A stretch of DNA of 64,000 nt from an uncultured Deferribacteres bacterium (GTDB taxonomy: Bacteria > Zhuqueibacterota > Zhuqueibacteria > Zhuqueibacterales > Geothermadaptataceae). The notes beneath the pieces are model-generated. The model did not search any database, had not been told where the DNA came from, and worked only from the letters and a program-made list of their open reading frames with translations. Below, in pieces: positions 59,411-64,000 of this stretch (the stretch's first letter is position 1; each line of letters opens with the position of its first letter). The translations under genes were made by a program, and so were the position numbers. Location: positions 1 through 64,000 of the forward strand of contig CAXHAT010000010.1 in NCBI GenBank assembly GCA_964014485.1. The letters are read 5' to 3'.

Positions 59411-59809
59411 TTGTCGAACGGATCACGCTCAATAAACGAAGAGGGTTTTAAAATTAGCTATTATTACGCGATTGATGGAGATGATATCGGGAAAAAGTTA
59501 GAAGAATACGCCTTAAAAAACGATATCCGAGCAATTGTGAGTCTTTCGAATAGAGTCAAAGCCGCTCTTTTGAAAATTCAGAATCATATCCACTCCAAGG
59601 GAGGTGAGACTATTTTCTGTGAAGGAGATAGTTTGTTGGCGTGTTCGGACGAATTGATTGAGGTTTCTATGCAACAGTTGTCTTTTAATGAAAATGTATC
59701 ATTTTCTGCAGGAGTTGGATCGACAAGCGCACTTGCACTTTTGGCACTGAAGAAAGCGAAAGGACTCGGAAAAAGCCGAATTGAAATTTTCATGGAGCGT
59801 CCGGAATGA
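59411..59809 (+). CDS. Minimal CRISPR polymerase (mCpol) domain protein, putative cyclic oligonucleotide synthase
   Basis: ~120-130 aa single palm domain: YAIDGDDIGKKLE, GG..IFCEGDSLL (GGDD-equivalent hairpin), SFSAGVG and ALLALKKAKGLGK follow the mCpol pattern as I recall it. Confidence 0.8.
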   Translation: MSNGSRSINEEGFKISYYYAIDGDDIGKKLEEYALKNDIRAIVSLSNRVKAALLKIQNHIHSKGGETIFCEGDSLLACSDELIEVSMQQLSFNENVSFSAGVGSTSALALLALKKAKGLGKSRIEIFMERPE

Positions 59810-60459
59810 AAGCACTGGTTTTGGTTCAAAGTCCAAGAGTTGATACATACATAAATGTTTTTGCAGCTATTTGTCACAAATATAAAAAAGTGAAGCAGAT
59901 ACGGCTTTTATATATTACTGAAGACAAAAACTCTGTGACAAAGAAAGAAATTCGAGAACGTTTAGTTGAACTCTCCAAAGAGTACGCCCTGTATGAAGGT
60001 GCGGCAGATGTTTTCAAAGACACAGATGACTGCTCTTTTGAAAAACTAGGGGTTTATACTAAGCAGTGGGATATTGTTGATGTTTCAGGGCTAAGTAAAG
60101 AAACATCCATAAGCATCGCTGCAATGTCTGTTTCGAATCGTAATGTTCGAGTCTGCTCGGTTCATTGGTTAAAACAATTTAAAAAAGGGGATGCTTGGGT
60201 TTTATCAGATAGTAATCATGAATATATTAATTTGTTAAGCACCGGAGCTCTTGCCCTATTAAGGAATGATCATTTCCAGAAAAGGCATGTCATAATAGCC
60301 TTTGGCGGAATTTTTGGATCGCTTACGCTGCTTGTTCTTTTTAAAATAATGTTTCCAACGTTTTTTATACCCAATATTGTCGTAAATGTTTTTGGGCTCC
60401 TGATTGGCGTTGCAGGCTTATATTTGGCGGCAGTTAGTTTATCAAATGGTGTGAAGTAG
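59806..60459 (+). CDS. CARF-like Rossmann domain plus two C-terminal TM helices, putative nucleotide-sensing membrane effector
   Basis: Alternating beta/alpha N-terminus; IVDVSGLSK resembles the CARF D-x-[ST]-G-G-x-K motif; two hydrophobic C-terminal segments; ATGA overlap with mCpol. Confidence 0.7.
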   Translation: MKALVLVQSPRVDTYINVFAAICHKYKKVKQIRLLYITEDKNSVTKKEIRERLVELSKEYALYEGAADVFKDTDDCSFEKLGVYTKQWDIVDVSGLSKETSISIAAMSVSNRNVRVCSVHWLKQFKKGDAWVLSDSNHEYINLLSTGALALLRNDHFQKRHVIIAFGGIFGSLTLLVLFKIMFPTFFIPNIVVNVFGLLIGVAGLYLAAVSLSNGVK

Positions 60460-60721
60460 CTGAAATCAACCTAAGTTATTCAACGCCTCGACTGCCAAAA
60501 CCAGCTTTGCGGAGAATCGACGGCGCACAGATCTTGGCTAACTTGCTGTGTTTAAAGAGGTGCGCCTAAGGTCACTTTGGAACGATTTGAAAATCATTCC
60601 AATCGATTCTCTGGTTACCTTACACATGGAAATTCTCGAATAAAAGCGTTAGTCCGCGGCAGCATGTGCTTCTGGGGTTAACAAGAGCAAATGGTTTGCA
60701 GTTTTCAAAAGGAAAACACCG

Positions 60722-62431
60722 ATGAAGAACGCCGCTTCATTCATCAGCATTTTTGCGCTGTTAACACTAACCAGCAACGTCACGACAGCCCAATCGATCA
60801 CTATCGCGGTAAAAGATACAACGTTTCATGCGATTGGCGATGATTTCTTCGGCTTGCAATACCACGCCGACACTTATGACGACAATAACGCAATTGAAAA
60901 ACTGAAGGCTCTCCACGCGCGCCGAATCAGAATTTGGGCGGACGTGACCGAGTTTCATCCCTCCCCCGGCGTCTGGAATTGGACGGAGCTGGATCGAAAA
61001 ACGGCTGAAGTTCTCGATGCAGGATTCAAGTTCATCCTTTGCCTTTATCAGGGGGATGCGTGGTTCGTAGGCACGCCGGAAAACCCGTGGTGGAATCATC
61101 AGGCGGCGCTGACTGAGTGGGACAAAGCCGCTTTCCATCTCACCGAAAGATATCAAAACGACATTGACCGGATCATCATTTTTGACGAGCCAAACATGCT
61201 TCATAAGGAAAGGGAGTACTACATTCCTTTCAAGCAATGCGCTCAGCTTTTCATACGCGCCGCTCAAGAAATCAAGAAGGCAAAGCCAGGCGCACTTTGC
61301 GGCGGCCCTTCCAGTTTTGGCGGCTGGGAAAACGGGCACTGGGCGAATTATGTTTTTGCCGAGCCGGGCGGAGACGAAGCGTTAGATTTTGTTTCTTGCA
61401 ACATTTTTCTGTCGTGGAACGCCGACGATGAAGACGAAACGATTATGGACAGAACGATTTGGTACGAAGAAAGCGCACAAAAAATTAAAGTGATGACAAG
61501 CGAGCACGGCGCTCCGTCGTTGTTGCTGGACGCTTACAATGCGAGCGCGCTTTGGAAAAAAGACGGCGAACTTTGGACTGACCCGGGAAATGTCAGCGTA
61601 TTCGGCGGCGTTTACCAGGCGGCGGCTTTGCTGCACAGCGCGAAGGGCGGATTTGAAATCGCTTTGCATTGGGAAACGGTCGGCGGCTTTGGCGTTCTCA
61701 ATTGGCCGCCTCAATTCAAGGAGCTGCCGCCCTACCATGCCTGGAAGTTTCTGGTTGAAACGGCGGGCATGAAAGCCGGAGCAAGAATTCTCGATTGTAC
61801 GTCCACGGAATCGCCCAAACCGGAGGCCCCGCACCACAGCGGCATGAACGTCAATCTCTATGAAATCCAGCCTTTTGCCATTGAGCGGGCGGACGGCGGC
61901 GTCAGCGTTATTCTTATCAACAAATACGCCGGTGAAAATCACGTCGTCTCCGTTACTCCGCCGCTTGAAATGAGAAAATTCGCAAAATTCAGGTTCGACG
62001 CCGAACGAATTTTGGATTACGCTGTTCCTTTGGAGACAGGAATCTTGGACGGAGCGGTAGAAATCACGTGCCCGCCGTTGAGCATCTCGATCATCAGATT
62101 TGAGCGGCAGGATCCGGTCGGCTTAGACGTTGAAAATGCAACCGTGCCGCAAGAAATTGAACTTTCGCCAAGCCGTCCAAATCCCTTCCGAACAACCGCC
62201 GTTTTGGATTATTCGCTGACAAAACCGGGACAAGTTTTACTGACGATTCACAATATTTTGGGCGAGCAAGTTCGCGTCGTCGTGAATGAACATCAGTCGG
62301 CGGGAAAACACCAGGCGGCATGGGACGGTCGCAACGACGCGGGAGAAGCGTTAAGCAGCGGCGTTTATTATTTTCGATTGCACGCTGCCCACGTCAAGCT
62401 TTTCAGAAAAGTTCTTTTTTTAAAAAACTGA
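60722..62431 (+). CDS. Secreted clan-A (GH39-like) glycoside hydrolase-fold protein with FlgD/T9SS-type C-terminal domain
   Basis: Signal peptide; PGVWNWTELD, IIFDEPN, CGGP and LDFVS motifs; C-terminal PNPF...IHNILGEQVR...WDGRND.G..LSSGVYY. Confidence 0.75.
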   Translation: MKNAASFISIFALLTLTSNVTTAQSITIAVKDTTFHAIGDDFFGLQYHADTYDDNNAIEKLKALHARRIRIWADVTEFHPSPGVWNWTELDRKTAEVLDAGFKFILCLYQGDAWFVGTPENPWWNHQAALTEWDKAAFHLTERYQNDIDRIIIFDEPNMLHKEREYYIPFKQCAQLFIRAAQEIKKAKPGALCGGPSSFGGWENGHWANYVFAEPGGDEALDFVSCNIFLSWNADDEDETIMDRTIWYEESAQKIKVMTSEHGAPSLLLDAYNASALWKKDGELWTDPGNVSVFGGVYQAAALLHSAKGGFEIALHWETVGGFGVLNWPPQFKELPPYHAWKFLVETAGMKAGARILDCTSTESPKPEAPHHSGMNVNLYEIQPFAIERADGGVSVILINKYAGENHVVSVTPPLEMRKFAKFRFDAERILDYAVPLETGILDGAVEITCPPLSISIIRFERQDPVGLDVENATVPQEIELSPSRPNPFRTTAVLDYSLTKPGQVLLTIHNILGEQVRVVVNEHQSAGKHQAAWDGRNDAGEALSSGVYYFRLHAAHVKLFRKVLFLKN

Positions 62432-62477
62432 AGTCACGGACGGTCACTCACAGTTTGAGTGTCTGGGACCAAGCTGG

Positions 62478-62611
62478 TCTTATTAGCGCCGGGCTTCAGC
62501 CCGGTGATGAGCGTAAATTCTCTCTTTTTTCTCCCAATCGCGCTGACGCGATTGGGAGAAAAAGGGGGGCGCTTTATCTGGTCCCCGCGCTGAAGCACGG
62601 GGCTAATAAGA
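62478..62611. repeat. REPIN-like composite palindrome between convergent genes
   Basis: Outer arms TCTTATTAGC..GGGCTTCAGC and GCTGAAGCAC..GCTAATAAGA; inner perfect 17-bp stem TTTTTCTCCCAATCGCG-CTGA-CGCGATTGGGAGAAAAA (62526-62563). Confidence 0.8.
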
Positions 62612-62632
62612 ATATGGAGTTATCCAGAGTCT

Positions 62633-62659
62633 CTTTATCGCACATGCGCGGGAATGACA
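62633..62659. repeat. Degenerate second copy of the dRS3/REP-like palindrome
   Basis: ...TGCGCGGGAATGACA end matches the family seen at 20464-20490; the left arm is decayed. Confidence 0.4.
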
Positions 62660-62827
62660 TAGAAATCCAGGTTTTACGGCTCGATCCCAAACTGGAGTTT
62701 GGGATCGAGAATTTTGAGCGTGTCAAAATTAGGTTGACGGTAGTGCGCCTCTGCGAAAAGACATTGACAAGCGGTTGTTGTATTGTGGAGCTGGTGCGTA
62801 ATATCAGTTAAAACGTGAAGAAATCAC

Positions 62828-63946
62828 TTATCGCCTGACCTTCCAGAACCTGCCCTCCGGAGAATCAACGGCGCGCAGGCCGAAGCGCTCGTCGGCTGGC
62901 TTGCCGTACTTGAGCAGTGCGAAAATATCTTCGATAATCGCACGGCTTTCCGCAAAATAATTGTGCCCCAAAAAGCCTTCTGAAATCGGCGTTGCGTCAA
63001 TCGTCTCCACCCCGTCAATCAAAAGCACTTTTTCCCCGGCGCGCGGATAACCGTGAAAAGATTTCGACGCTTTTAATGCGTTGTCCTCCGAAGAAACGTA
63101 CAACGTGAACCGGCTCGCGCTTTTTTCAGCTATGGCCCCGATCTCGCGCTTAAAAACGTCGGCGTCCACGTCCGGCGCAACCATGACCACATTGCGGATC
63201 GCGTTTAGAACCCGCCCGTTGTTGTTCTGTTTGAGCGTCATGAGAACACGCATCAGCGCGCGGTTGCCCATGCTGTGCGCCAGCAGAACAATGGACTTCG
63301 CTCCGGCTTCTCTGACCAGTTTTTCCAGAAAAATTTCCAGATGGCTTTGCGTCCAGCGCACGTTGGTTTCATCGACGGGGTAGCTGGAATATTCGCCCTG
63401 CGACGGCCAACTGTAAAACATGGAAACGCCGTCGAATTTCAGGTCAAAAGCCAGTTGAGCGGCGCGTGTTGCGGCTTCTTCAAAGTCAACGTTGTAGCCG
63501 TGAACATAAACCAGGGCGCTGCGCTCGCGCGTCAAATCCAGCCTGCTTTTAATTTGGCCGAAGAAGGCGTTGTTTTGCGCAGTTGCAGTTTCCTCCACCA
63601 AAATATACTCGTCAGGGTTGCTGCGATTCCAAAGCGTCCATGCTCCGGGCGCTTCGACCGCACCGATTTTGTGGATTTTCGGAATGTTCACCCGGCACAC
63701 GCCAAAGGACAGGGTTCCGCGTTCAACACCGAAATTTGCGGAATCTTTAATGGCGCGATCTGTTGCGAATAAAACTTCGAGCTTTGCGTTTTCGCCAACT
63801 TGTACAGGCGCGGGAGGCTCCGGGCGCGGCGGAGTGGGCGTAACGACGACGGCGGGCGTTTTTGAGCTGGAGGCGCACCCGACCAATGCCCAAAAAACGG
63901 AAAATAAAACGATGGTTTTACAAGAGAGACGCATTCTGATCCGCAA
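62828..63946 (-). CDS. DUF900-family alpha/beta hydrolase lipoprotein
   Basis: LVGC lipobox; Pro-rich linker; FATDR, VYVHGYN, YSWPSQG, AHSMGNR and APDVD motifs. Confidence 0.88.
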   Translation of the reverse strand: MRIRMRLSCKTIVLFSVFWALVGCASSSKTPAVVVTPTPPRPEPPAPVQVGENAKLEVLFATDRAIKDSANFGVERGTLSFGVCRVNIPKIHKIGAVEAPGAWTLWNRSNPDEYILVEETATAQNNAFFGQIKSRLDLTRERSALVYVHGYNVDFEEAATRAAQLAFDLKFDGVSMFYSWPSQGEYSSYPVDETNVRWTQSHLEIFLEKLVREAGAKSIVLLAHSMGNRALMRVLMTLKQNNNGRVLNAIRNVVMVAPDVDADVFKREIGAIAEKSASRFTLYVSSEDNALKASKSFHGYPRAGEKVLLIDGVETIDATPISEGFLGHNYFAESRAIIEDIFALLKYGKPADERFGLRAVDSPEGRFWKVRR

Positions 63947-64000
63947 TGGTTAATTAACGCTATTTCATCAATAAGACGCGCTTGGCTTGGGTGAAATCGC

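Noticed and set aside
59411..59809. Calling the mCpol ORF a GGDEF diguanylate cyclase or a Cas10 pseudogene fragment
   Set aside because: It is too short for GGDEF and lacks the GG(D/E)EF and N-terminal D.LTGL.NR motifs. It has an intact stop overlapping a partner gene and no other cas remnants, which fits a stand-alone mCpol.
62764..62795. TTGACA possible promoter
   Set aside because: There is no -10 element at 16-18 bp spacing, and it points into the 3' end of a convergent gene.
62320..62811. 163-aa ORF
   Set aside because: It overlaps the end of the GH gene and is largely translated REP palindromes.
1..64000. CRISPR array, rRNA, tRNA, tmRNA or RNase P RNA
   Set aside because: I recognised no regularly spaced repeats or conserved RNA signatures in any intergenic region by eye. 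A covariance-model scan is needed to exclude them fully.

Overview
This window is bacterial chromosomal DNA, gene-dense and roughly 50% GC by eye. The gene content (SusC/SusD pair, PorV-like barrel, FlgD/T9SS-type C-terminal sorting domains, hrcA-grpE-dnaJ) suggests an FCB-group organism such as KSB1 or Calditrichota; this is inference only. On the plus strand from the left: the 3' end of ftsX, hrcA-grpE-dnaJ, a ComEA/pilin-like/PilM-like cluster, rsmD-coaD-pta-aminotransferase, FmdB and a TPR protein. Next comes a 15-kb envelope/signalling locus: a small secreted protein, a 2535-aa Ig-repeat surface protein, a PorV-like barrel fused to TPRs, an RsbW-kinase/sensor/HAMP/PP2C/HTH/TPR fusion and a STAS protein. 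It is followed by icd, obgE, dprA and a class V aminotransferase. The minus-strand block holds a GMC oxidoreductase, a polyphosphate cluster (sixA-like, ppk1, ppx, NUDIX, CHAD, ParA), a GMC partner subunit, two FG-GAP/ASPIC lipoproteins, SusD/SusC and a PAS histidine kinase. The right end has a deoxynucleoside kinase, a cyclophilin, an AT-rich two-gene cassette, a clan-A glycoside hydrolase-like protein and a DUF900 hydrolase. The strongest candidate system is the AT-rich cassette at 59411-60459. It pairs a stand-alone minimal CRISPR polymerase (mCpol) with a CARF-like plus two-TM effector, which resembles a Panoptes-type cyclic-nucleotide anti-phage module with no CRISPR context. The second candidate is the partner-switching pair, whose two proteins share an IS481-transposase-like HTH domain. 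Several REP-like palindromes and a 238-bp segment bounded by perfect 17-bp inverted repeats are present. I recognised no rRNA, tRNA or CRISPR array. All product calls come from motif recognition by eye, not from database searches.
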